From Eledone cirrhosa (taxonomy: Eukaryota), in the NCBI GenBank assembly GCA_964016885.1, contig OZ024748.1:44330001-44394000 (forward strand): DNA of 64,000 bases, read 5' to 3'. The notes below the pieces were generated by a model. The model was not told the origin of the DNA and did no database searches. It saw only the letters and a list, made by a program, of their open reading frames with translations. A program made the position numbers and the translations under genes. This document shows positions 25,855-37,679 of the stretch, in pieces (the first letter of the stretch is position 1; each line of letters begins with the position of its first letter).

Positions 25855-26515
25855 TTCTTTCAAGCCATGTCTACATGTTATTTCAATTGCTATGGCAAGA
25901 ATATCACTTTTCTTTCTTCTCTTTCAAGCCATGTCTACATGTTATTTCAATTGCTATGGCAAGAATATCACTTTTCTTTCTTCTCTTTCAAGCCATGTCT
26001 ACATGTTCTCTCTTTCTTCTCTTTCAAGCCATGTCTACATGTTCTTTCTTTCTCAAGCTATGTCTACCCATGTCTACATGTTCTCTCTTTCTTCTCTTTC
26101 AAGCCATGTCTACATGTTCTCTCTTTCTTCTCTTTCAAGCCATGTCTACATGTTCTCTCTTTCTTCTCTTTCAAGCCATGTCTACATGTTCTCTTTTTCT
26201 TCTCTTTCAAGCCATGTCTACATGTTCTCTCTTTCTCAAGCTATGTCTACCCATGTCTACATGTTCTCTCTTTCTTCTCTTTCAAGCCATGTCTACATGT
26301 TCTCTCTTCTCTTTCAAGCCATGTCTACATGTTCTCTCTTTCTTCTCTTTCAAGCCATGTCTACATGTTTCTTTCTTTTCTTTCAAACCATGCCTACATG
26401 TTATTTCATTCTTTCTCAAGCCATGTCTACATGTTATTTCTTCTCTTTCAAGCCATGTCTACATGTTCTCTCTTTCTTCTCTTTCAAGCCATGTCTACCC
26501 ATGTCTACATGTTAT
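25855..26515. repeat. About 36-bp minisatellite
   Basis: Unit TTCTTCTCTTTCAAGCCATGTCTACATGTTCTCTCT. Confidence 0.92.
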
Positions 26516-26624
26516 TGGTATGATTGTTGTGGAGGAGGAGGAGGAGGAGATATTTGTAAGTTGTTTTTATTTCTTTTCTATTTTTAAAATTTCTCTCTTG
26601 ATAATCAAACAATCCCTGATTTAT

Positions 26625-26677
<53 letters not shown>

Positions 26678-26750
26678 TCATCATCATCATCATCATCATC
26701 GTTTAACATCCGTGTTCCATGCTTGCATGGGTTTGGACGGGGTATATATA

Positions 26751-27452
26751 TATGAACTAAGTGAGAAATTAGGAATAAGAGGGATCAGATGCTGTTTACT
26801 TGAGAGAAGACTGTTGGTATGGTCACATGATGCGCATGAAAGACGACAGCTGTACAAAAAAGTGCAGGGCGATCAAAATTGATGGAAGCTACGGAGTAGG
26901 TAGACCCAGAAAAACCTGGGACAATCTGATAAATTCCGACCTTACACACATACACCTCTCTAAGACAATGTCACTGGACCGAGATCTTTGGCGTTACGCA
27001 GTAATACAGAAGACTCGCCTTGCCTATGTACAAGGCGAAACCTACAGTCAGTAGGCACCTCTTAACTAAATATACACCCCAATCCACTACACCTACCCTA
27101 TCCTCCCACTCCCACCAACACCACCCTCTCTCTATAAAGTTGGTACCACAACATCCAGTCCAAATAAATGAGATAAATGAGATCGAGATTGTGTAGGTGT
27201 CACGAGAAAAAAACACACAGTCCACGCTGTAATGTGGCCATGTAGGTAACACGGTAAAAACCTCCCAGTCCACACTGTAAATGTCGTTGGTGTTAGGAAG
27301 GGCATCCAGCCGTAGAAAACCTGCCAGATAGTCCTATATGAGCGAGTCACGGTCACCCGACCAACCTTGCCTCAAGTGGGACAACTCCCATCTAATCCAT
27401 GCTAGTGTGGAAAATGGACGTTAAACGAAGATGATGATGATGATGATGATGA
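26751..27452 (+). mobile_element. RTE LINE family Y, 5'-truncated
   Basis: ELSEKLGIRGIR..WYGHMMRM..GRPRKTW; 3'UTR closely similar to 52-420; (GAT)n tail. Confidence 0.92.
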
Positions 27453-27516
27453 TATATATCATCATCATCGTTTAACGTCTATCTTCCACGCTAGCATGGG
27501 TATATATATATACCCA

Positions 27517-27861
27517 TGGAGGCACATGGCTTAGTGGTTAGAGCATTGGCCTTGCAATCGAAAGGTTGTGAGTTCAATTCTCAGACCGGGTGATGTGTTG
27601 TTTCCTTGAGCAAGACACTTTATTTCACATTGCTCCAGTTTACTCAGCTGTAGAAATGAGATGATAGGGACTGGGGTCCCTATCATTCCACTGCAAAGTG
27701 GTTGTGGAGGTGCCACGGCAAAAAAGCACCCAGCACTCACTGTAAATGAGGTTGGTGTTAGGAAGGGCATCCAGCTGTAGAAATCAAGCCAGAATCAGTT
27801 CCCGTCCCACCCTTGCAAGCAGGGAAAAGTGGACGTAAAATGATGATGATGATGATGATGA
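27517..27861 (+). mobile_element. SINE-A
   Basis: Near-identical to 13505-13837. Confidence 0.92.
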
Positions 27862-27920
27862 TATACATAATATAAAAAGGGAACACAGAACCAGTGTTGC
27901 ATCATATACATATTTGATTA

Positions 27921-28010
27921 TATATTACACATGTTTCACTACAGATCAGCTCGAGGAACGATCGATTATTGTTCGATCCTGACTCTGGAATAGGAAGCTC
28001 CTCAGATATG
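27921..28010 (-). ncRNA. Hammerhead ribozyme-like motif with long stem II
   Basis: Minus strand: ATAT-CTGAGGA-GC..(~60 nt)..GT-GAAA-CATGTG-TA-ATAT; the insert shares TTCCAGAGTCAG and GCTGATC with 51698-51790. Confidence 0.55.
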
Positions 28011-28409
28011 TGTTCACATGTAGACTCACATCCAAGTGATTCATGCTATTTGTTGTTACCATTGTTGTTCTTGTCCGAAGATAGATACATTGGTAAATAT
28101 AAATAGATTGAGAGGTATACAGACATGTAGGTAGACAAATTGATTGGTGGCAAGGCGTGTGGGTAGGTAGATAGATAGATATCTAGGTTGATATATTGAG
28201 AATTAGGTAGATAGATAGACAGACATGGCTAGACAAACAGGTAGAAAGGTAGGTAGACAGACAGATATGTAGATAGATAGATATACAGACAGGTAGGTAG
28301 ACAAACAGGTCAGTAGATAGATAGATAGTTAAGTAGGTCAGTAGATAGATAGATAAACTGACAGATAGATAGGAAGAGAGAGAGAGATAGACACAGATAG
28401 GTAGATAGA

Positions 28410-29389
28410 TATGTTTCTTTATTAGCCACAGGGGCACAAAAGAAGGGGACAAATACAAAGGGGGAAGTTTACATACAATAAAAATGTGTAAAATATTATC
28501 ACAAATGCAATTTAAAAATTAGTCGATTTTCCCCAATAGGGGGAGACATTTCATATGGGTAACACATACCCCCGAAAAAATGTAAAACCCTCATCTCCAG
28601 GAGTACAAAGAGTTTGTACTCCTTTCCTCTCCTCCTCTTTTTCCTCAACCTATAGGCTGATATAGAGAGAAGGCCCATTCACTCGGGCCATTCTCGCCAC
28701 TTTCACCCACCTTTAATAAAACTTGCTGGGGTACAGCACCTCTCTCTCCATCCTGATTCTTCTTCCAAAGTGGTATTTGAAAAAAAGAATCAGTTGTTGG
28801 CCAGAGAGAAAGGTGTCTGACCTCAGCCCTTTCAACCTTGTCCACCATACAACCTCTTTCGCCATAGCTATCATACAAAGGAAAACCGCCTCTCCTTCGT
28901 TTTTGAAGGAGGGTGGCGGTTTGATCATGACAATGGACTCGGTGGTCAACCGGATTGGTCCCACCCGCGACAATAGTCGTTCTACATAGCCCCACAGTTC
29001 GGTGACGCCAGGGCAGTGTATGAATGCGTGCGCGACGGTTTCTTCGTCTCGCACGCACCTCGGACAGATCTTTTTTGCAGGGTCCCTGCCCGGGCGCCCA
29101 TGTCTGTAGAGCTTGTCTCGAACTGGTAGAGCTCCTCGGTAGCACTGCCAGGCCAGGGACTTTTGGAAGTTGTCCATCGGTCCCGGGCGGAAGGTCCTAC
29201 CGAACAGACTGGCCACTTCGTCTTCCTCCATGCCCAGAGTTTCACCGAGCACGTCGACGCACCTGCTGCGGATCAACCCTCTATAGAATGACGAAGTGGA
29301 GTCTCCACTGATCGCCGGGTCCGCCTACCAGAGGGCTGTGAGCGCCTGAGCACATTCGATGTGCCAGTCGCCCATTTTCCTCGGCCTTT
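28410..29389 (-). mobile_element. 5'-truncated Tx1/L1-clade LINE, family 2
   Basis: ORF 28713-29276 is near-identical to the C-terminus of 7853-9286; flanked by (GATA/GACA)n on both sides. Confidence 0.93.
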
Positions 29390-29798
29390 GTAAATAGATA
29401 GATAGATATAAACAGACAGAGAGATAGATAGATAGATAGATTGATATAAACAGACAGATAGATAGATAGATATAAACAGACAGATAGATAGATAGATATA
29501 AACAGACAGAGAGATAGGTAGGTAGATAAATAGATTGATGTATTTATTATTTTTTGATACAGATATATAGGTAGATATTTATTGGTAACTGCCTGTTTGA
29601 CAACTGACCAGCTTGTCAACAGTGTTGTAAAAATAGAGGTAGGGAGGAAGATATCAAACAAATTTAACACAGCATGGTTGTCATGCACGATGCTCATGCT
29701 TAAGTATCAAATGATGGAATTACTCGAAATCAAGTTGCAGTCAATGTATGTATATATGTATATATATATATATATGTGTCTATATATGTATGTATATA

Positions 29799-30335
29799 TC
29801 ATCATCATCATTTTACGTCCGCTTTTCCCTGCTTGCAAAGGTGGGACGGGTCTTATTCAGCACATCATCTCTCCACTCGTCACGGTCCTTCGTCATCTCC
29901 ACCGTGAGCTTCAATGATCTGAGGTCTGTTCTCACCACCTCCGCCCATGTTTTTCGTGGTCTACCTCTACCACGTCTTCCTTCAACTGGCATTTCCTGGC
30001 ACTTCTTCACCCATCGGTCATCCTCCATGCACATCACATGTCCATACCACCTCAGTCTCCTCTCCCGTACACTACATTCTATCCCTCTCAGACACAGTTT
30101 CTCTCTCAACACATTTATGCTGGGTCGTTCACGCACATTTACACTGCACATCCAACAGAGCATGCTTGCCTCATTTCTCTCCAGCCGTCGCATATCCTCT
30201 GCAGTTGCTGCCCATGTCTCACTACCATGCAGCATCGCGCTCCTCACACAGGCATCATACAACTGGCCTTTCGTACGCAGGGAGAAACCCTTCTTCGTCA
30301 ACAGAGGAAGCAGCTCCCTAAACTTCTTCCAACCC
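29799..30335 (-). mobile_element. RTE LINE family X, 5'-truncated
   Basis: GWKKFRELLPLL..AMLHGSETW..LRWYGHV..GRPRKTW..ASREKRT*; (TA)n on both flanks. Confidence 0.92.
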
Positions 30336-30544
30336 ATATATATATATGTGTCTATATATGTATTTATATATACAGAAGAACCCACTGTAGAAACCAAGCC
30401 AGAAATAGTTCTGTATGAGCAAAATATGGTCATCTCATGTGACCCTGTCTCAATATGAGATAACTCGTCTAACCCATGCTAGCAAGTGGAAATTAAACAG
30501 CTGTGATTATATATATGTATTTATATATATATATATATATATAA

Positions 30545-30900
30545 GTATTGAAGTTTCCGTTGAAAATTGAAAAAGTCATAGGAGTGAAGAGTGCTCTATG
30601 TAAGTACCAGAGCAAAATTTAATGTATAATAAACAATACAATATAATTACCTCATTACCAGAGGTTTCCCGAATAAGACGAATACGAAAAATGTCCTCAT
30701 TCGTTCGTCGGACAAGACAATTTAAAACATAGTGAAATATTTGAAAATCTCCTCAAGAAATCTTGAGGAGACTTTTCAAATATTTCACTATGTTGTAAAT
30801 TGCCTTGTCCGACAAACGAATGAGGACATTTTTCGTATTCGTCTTATTCGGGAAACCTCTGGTAATGAGGTAATTATATTGTATTGTTTATTATACATTA
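30545..30900 (-). mobile_element. Penelope-like pLTR remnant with ~140-bp near-perfect palindrome and hammerhead-like motif
   Basis: Arms 30620-30758 and 30761-30900 with a 2-bp spacer; a unique tail runs to 30545; (TA)n on both sides. Hammerhead-like fold at 30645-30722 on minus, mirrored at 30798-30875. Confidence 0.7.
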
Positions 30901-30998
30901 TATATATATATATATATATATAATGATGTCTTCCAAAAGTAACGGTCGCATTTTGAAAGGGTACGTCAATGTTTATTTATAAAACTGGTATATATTGT

Positions 30999-31061
30999 AT
31001 TTTGTATGATGAAGGCATACCATAATTTAACTTGGTATCCTTGAAATATGTATAATGAAAT
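30999..31061 (+). ncRNA. Degenerate hammerhead motif in a 180-bp (TA)n-flanked insert (30922-31102)
   Basis: ATTTTGT-aTGATGA-AGGcATACCA..TGGTATCCT-tGAAA-TATGTA-TA-ATGAAAT; core C3 is mutated to A. Confidence 0.55.
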
Positions 31062-31110
31062 AGATATGGTTTTATAAATATAGTTTCCATTTGTTAATAT
31101 CGTATATATA

Positions 31111-31458
<348 letters not shown>

Positions 31459-31462
31459 CACA

Positions 31463-31810
31463 TATCATCATTTCATCATCATTTCATTTTACGTCCGCTT
31501 TTCCCTGCTTGCAAGGGTGGGACGGGAACTGATTCTGGCTTGATTTCTACAGCTGGATGCCCTTCCTAACACCAACCTCATTTACAGTGAGTGCTGGGTG
31601 CTTTTTTGCAGTGGCACCTCCACGACCACTTTGCAGTGGAATGATAGGGACCCCAGTCCCTATCATCTCATTTCTACAGCTGAGGAAACTGGAGCAATGT
31701 GAAATAAAGTGTCTTGCTCAAGGAAACAACACATCACCCGGTCTGAGAATTGAACTCACAACCTTTCGATTGCAAGGCCAATGCTCTAACCACTAAGCCA
31801 TGTGCCTCCA
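31463..31810 (-). mobile_element. SINE-A
   Basis: Reverse complement of the SINE-A consensus. Confidence 0.92.
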
Positions 31811-31811
31811 T

Positions 31812-31865
<54 letters not shown>

Positions 31866-32735
31866 CGCGACAGTCCATATCTGTGGTTGGTCACCATATG
31901 TATATCATTAATAGTTCTTCTCAACTGAGGAGGAACTTAACTTGACTACAAAGAATCAGATTCGTTATAGATAATACTCCAAGATCCAGTTTCCCCGGCG
32001 CTTAACTGTTATCACCACCATCGCCACTACAGCCACAACCTCCACCACCACCATTATCAGAACCACCATTAATCTCATATGTATTTCATATGCATCTAAT
32101 CCTTATACTTACACTCATACAATACATACATACATATACACACATATACTTACACCTACATGCATACATACACACAATCACACATTCATATATACACTCA
32201 CACACACACATCCATACAGACATACACACTCACACACATACTTGCACTTATACACACACATTCATTGACTCACACATACATACACACAATGACACATTCA
32301 TATATATATATACACACATAAGCACACATTCATACACACGCACACACACACATTCATACTTATACACACTCATACACAAATATACACATACAAACTCACA
32401 CATACATACACATACACACACTCACATTGATGCACACATACATACACACTCATTCACACACACACATATACATACACACACATACATATATATATATATA
32501 TACACACACACACATATTTCAGAAATGTGAAACTTTAAGTAGCAATACAAGTAGATCTTACATTTTTTAAATAAAATAAAAAGTATCAACTCTACTTTAT
32601 GCATTGAGCACGTTTATCCTCTTGTAAATAAATTAATATATGCACACATATACACACAGAAATATATAGACACACGCATACATATTTAAGTATATATATA
32701 TGTGTGTATATATCTGTTTCTATTTAGTATATATA

Positions 32736-33318
32736 AAGTCGATAGCTGTATAACAAAGTGCAGGGCAATAAAGATAGACGGTAGCCACGGAATAGGCAGA
32801 CCTAGAAAAACCTGGGATGAGCTGATAAACTCCGACCTCACACACTTACACCTCTCCAAGACAATGTCACTGGACCGAGACCTTTGGCGGTACTCAGTAA
32901 CAGAGAAGACCCGCCTTACCTAAATACATAGTAAAACCTACTACAGCCAGTAGGCATCTCTAACAAAATACACCCCGTCCCACCACCCCCACCCCCACCC
33001 CATCCACACCACCCCGTTCTATGTAAAGTTATGTTGGTGCCGCGCCATCCAGGCCGAAACAAATGAGATCGTGTAGGTGTCACGACAAAAAAACACACAG
33101 TCCACGCTGTAATGTGGCCATGTAGGCAACACGGTAAAAACCTCCCAGACCCACACTGTAAATGTGGTTGGTGTTAGGAAGGGCATCCAACTGTAGAAAA
33201 CCTGCCAGACAGTCCTATGCGAGCAAGACAATCACTCTTGCCTCAAGTGGGACTACCCCCGTCCAAACCCATGCAAGCGTGGAACACGGACGTTAAACGT
33301 TGATGATGATGATGATGA
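32736..33318 (+). mobile_element. RTE LINE family Y, 5'-truncated
   Basis: DSCITKCRAIKIDG..GRPRKTW..DRDLWR, 3'UTR and (GAT)n tail. Confidence 0.9.
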
Positions 33319-33375
33319 TATATGTATTTTTGTATTAGTACATATATTAGTATATATATATATATGTGTGTGTAT

Positions 33376-33753
33376 ATCATCATCATCATTTTACATCCGC
33401 TTTTCCCTGCCTGCAAGGGTGGGGCGGGAACTGATTCTGGCTTGATTTCTACAGCTGGTTGCCCTTCCTAACACCAACCTCATTTACAGTGAGTGGTGGG
33501 TGCTTTTTTGCCGTAGCACCTACACGACCACTTTACAGTGTGGTCTGGGTGCTTTTTTGCCGAGGCACCTCCACGACCACTTTGCAGTGGAATGATAGGG
33601 ACCCCAGTCCCTATCATCTCATTTCTACAGCTGAGTAAACTGGAGCAATGTGAAATAAAGTGTCTTGCTCAAGGAAACAACACATCACCCGGTCTGAGAA
33701 TTGAACTTACAACCTTTTGATTGCAAGGCCAATGCACTAAGCCATGTGCCTCC
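33376..33753 (-). mobile_element. SINE-A with ~50-bp internal duplication
   Basis: The GGGTGCTTTTTTGCCG..CACGACCACTTT segment occurs twice. Confidence 0.9.
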
Positions 33754-33810
33754 ATAATATGTGTATATGTATTTAGTATATTTATGTAGTTCATGTGTAC
33801 ATGTATTTAA

Positions 33811-33846
<36 letters not shown>

Positions 33847-33907
33847 GTATATACAAGTAGTACATATATGTATGTATTTAATATATGTATATATATGTAA
33901 GTATTTA

Positions 33908-33949
<42 letters not shown>

Positions 33950-34078
33950 TTAATGTGTGTGTGTGTGTGTATATAGGAAAAGCCGGCATGATAAGTATGA
34001 TGTATATATGCATCTATATACATATCTATGTATGTATAAATATCTGTATACACCCCAAGCCACCCCTGTACACACATA

Positions 34079-34113
<35 letters not shown>

Positions 34114-34194
34114 AGGGGTGGTTCTGAAAATAGCCAGTAGCCCTTAATGACTGCTTGAGTCATTACAGAAGACTTTAGAACATGTCATACTGGT

Positions 34195-34249
<55 letters not shown>

Positions 34250-34424
34250 CCTGAGACATGTAGGGATATTTATACACACACACACATATAGATATATATA
34301 TACACACTCACACATATATCCTTTGACATATGGATATATACATATATATATATACATACACACACACATATCTATATAGAGAGGTTGCCATGTAGAGAAG
34401 TCATAACTTTGACACTAACTGAAG

Positions 34425-34810
34425 GGAACTCCTAACTCTTTTGTTTGGCAAGCTTTCTATGGCTGGACTCCCTTCCTAACACCAACCACTTTACAGTGTG
34501 TACCGAGTGCTTTTATTATGTAGATCACCAGCACTAGTAGGGTGGGGTAGGGGTGGGGGCTGTCATGTCCTTGAAACAACTAAGGGGTTCTCCTAACTCC
34601 TTGTTTGGCAATCTTTCTATGGCTGGATGCCTTTCCTAACAGCAACCATTTTACAGAGTGTACAGGGTGTTTTTATTATGTAGATCACCAGCACTAGTGA
34701 GGTGGGGCGCTGACATGTCCTTGACACAACTAAGGGCTTCTCCTAACTCTTTGTTTGGCAAACTTTCTATGGCTAGATGCCCTTCCTATCACCAACCATG
34801 TTACACTATC
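34425..34810 (-). repeat. About 150-bp segment in triplicate, derived from SINE/RTE 3'UTR
   Basis: CTCCTAACTC..TTTCTATGGCTGGATGCCCTTCCTAACACCAACCA recurs three times. Confidence 0.7.
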
Positions 34811-35149
34811 TGATAAAATACAAATCAGAGTGTTGTAATTAGAACATATTTCACCATAGGTCTTCTGAGCCAGGGCTGACCTGGGGTTAAACAACAACAA
34901 CAACAGCAGCAGTAGCTTATATCACCAACTATTGTCATTCTATGCTATATCACTCGCACATTCTTTTACTGTGGCCCAGCTGGAGTACTTGAAGAGGTGG
35001 TGGTGGTGGTAGTGAGGATCTGTTTGAGATTTATGCAGTAACTTAATAAATGATGAAGTCAGCCTCCAAAAATCCAATGATGAGTTTCTGATGGAGTGTT
35101 CACAGAGATTGTATGATGTATGTGAAACATATACCATTTACATGATATA

Positions 35150-36065
35150 CTAGCAGTGGTACCCGGCGTTGCACGGGATAAGGTATTTTGGAACGCGGGC
35201 CGCCAACAGACCCAATCGTGGAAAAACTGTATGCCTGGACAATATGTAAAGAAAATAAACTGAATACTCTGATGGCTGGATAATCTTTAAGATTTTCCTC
35301 GATGAAGCAGGAAAAATGCAGGTTTTCACCTAATGCAAGCCCTAGGGGATCAAGAAAAGGAATTTTTTTTATGTGCATAATTTGCCTTGAAATTTCGGGA
35401 AAATGGCTAGATGTAACACCTCAAAAAAGCCTTTAAAAGCTGAAAAAATGAAGTTTTTCACCTAATGCAGGCCCTAGGCCATAAAAAAGTTGGATTTTCT
35501 TTTCTCATGGTATGAAGAAGAGACTGACTAATACATTGTTACAATTTCAAGGAAATCAGTCTGACGTAACGCCTCAAAAAAACTCCCAAAAACCTGAAAA
35601 AACGCCGTTTTTCACCTAAGGAGAACAAAAAGTTGAATTTTCTTTATGTGCATAACACTCCCTGAAACATAAGTAATACACATGTAAAGTTTGAAAAAAA
35701 GTCGGTTGGGTACTTCTCGAGTTTTAGGGATTCAAACTCACAGACACACACACACAGACAAACATCCTCAGGGAAGTGACATAATGCAAACAGCCAGACA
35801 TACAGACAGATATTATAAGGGCGCGACGTTATATGTATGTATCTATCTAAAAAGAGAAAGACTAAGAATTATAGAGAGAGATCGCTAAATCGCCTAATGC
35901 GGTCCCTAGGGCATTGAAAATTTGAAATTTCTTTTGCTCAGAACACTCCCTGAAACAAGTATTACATGTGTAATGTTTGAAAACAGTCGGTTGGATGCTT
36001 CTCGAGATTTAGGGATTCAGACTCACACACACACAGACAGACATCCTCAGTTTTATATATATCGA
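35150..36065 (-). mobile_element. Non-autonomous Helitron 1
   Basis: The minus strand starts TCGATATATATAAAA (36065) and ends with the hairpin CCCGTGCAACGCCGGG followed by TACCACTG-CTAG|T (35150). Confidence 0.8.
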
Positions 36066-36558
36066 CTAGCAGAAAACCACCCACCGAGTGGTTTTCTGCT
36101 AGTATATATATATATTACACACACAGAAATGTATATATATTTCTGTGTGTATATATTATATTACACACACAGAAATGTATATATATTTCTGTGTGTATAT
36201 ATATATATTTCTGTGTGTGTATATATATATATATTACACACACACAGAAATGTATATATGTTTCTGTAGCACTCCTCAATTCCCCCCTCTCTCCCTCCCG
36301 CTATCCCCCTCTTGTAGTCTGGCTCTTTCTTTCACTCTCACTCTCTCTCTACGCGTGCGCAAAAAACATTCGCACGCGCGCACGTGTTTTAGCGTCTATT
36401 CACACTCTCTCTCTCCCTCTCTCCCTCCCGCTATCCCCCTCTCGTAGTCTGTCTCTTTCTTTCATTCTCTATGCGTGCGCAAAAAATAATCGCACGCGCG
36501 CACGTGTTTCCACTGTCGGACAGACAGACAGAGAAATTGCTGGTTATATATTATAAGA
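36066..36558 (-). mobile_element. Non-autonomous Helitron 2, head-to-tail with Helitron 1
   Basis: The minus strand starts A|TCTTATAATATATAA (36558) and ends CTGCTAG (36066), directly before the TC of Helitron 1. Confidence 0.7.
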
Positions 36559-37094
36559 TGTGTTGATATATGTGAAACTAACATCAGTTATATGATATAT
36601 GTGTAATATATGTGATACTAACATATCATTTATATGATATATGTGAAACTAACGTATACCATTTATATGATATATGTGAAAATTAACCATTTATATGATA
36701 TATGTGATATATGTATGCTATATGTGAAACTATACCATTTATATGATATATGTGAAATGTAGTGGAATAGTTTGAAGATAACAAGGTCATAGATTTCTCA
36801 AAACAAAAGATAATTTTATGTATGTAGCAAAGAAATCAACCTATTTCTTTATAAGAAAACATATCGTACCATTTATACATTCTTCAAAATAGGAGCTTAC
36901 ATGTTAAATAAAGAGTTCTTTAGCAGTCTTAAGGGATCTCTTCTTATCTTCTCTCTTCCATAATATTAAGAAAAAAGCTTCTTAAATCTTTCGTTTGTTT
37001 CAGTGAAGAAGAAAAAAATATTATCACCATTTTTTTTTTTTTTTGTGTAATAGACATTGTTTCTGTGTAGAAAATCATCATTTCTGTTATCGCT

Positions 37095-37570
37095 GCGATG
37101 GATGGTAGAATTGGTAGAGTGCCAAACAAAATAATTTGCGGTGTTGGTTACATTCCTTTATGTTCTGCGTATAATTCTTGAGGTTGGGATATATATATTT
37201 TTTTTTACCTTTTTATTCTTCCGGGGTTGGTAAAAACGGGTACCAGTTAAGTACTTGGTAGTGGTACAAGGGGTGGGGTTGGAGGAAGGGGGAGGTCTTT
37301 TAATTTACTGTAGCCTTGTGTGGCCTTGGGCCTAAATTAGAAATCATTATTATTTTTATTGTTATCATTATAATTATAAAGAAATAATAATAATAATAAT
37401 TATTATTATTATTATATGGCAGTATCGGTAGAGCGTTGGACAACATCTTTGCGGCATAGAGCTACGTCCCTTTATGTTCTGGGTTCTAATCCTGCCGAGG
37501 TTATCTTTGCCTTTCATCCTTACGAGGCTGATAAAAAAAAGTACCAGTAACACACTGGGGTCGATTTAGT
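37095..37570 (+). mobile_element. Two Meta-type SINE copies (37095-37350 old; 37417-37570)
   Basis: GGCAGTATCGGTAG head, GGGTTCTAATCC B box, TTTGCCTTTCATCC..GATAAAA..GTACCAG. Confidence 0.7.
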
Positions 37571-37679
37571 CAATTATTGTGGATGAGAGAGAGTACATAG
37601 ATAGAGTACTGGAGAAGGAGCTAGGTGCTGTTATTGTGGATGAGGAAGAGTACATTGTCAAGAAGAAATGATCATGCAT

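Noticed and set aside
31920-32000. Possible hammerhead (CTGAGGA-GGA...TCC)
   Set aside because: No GAAA box or convincing stems I and III.
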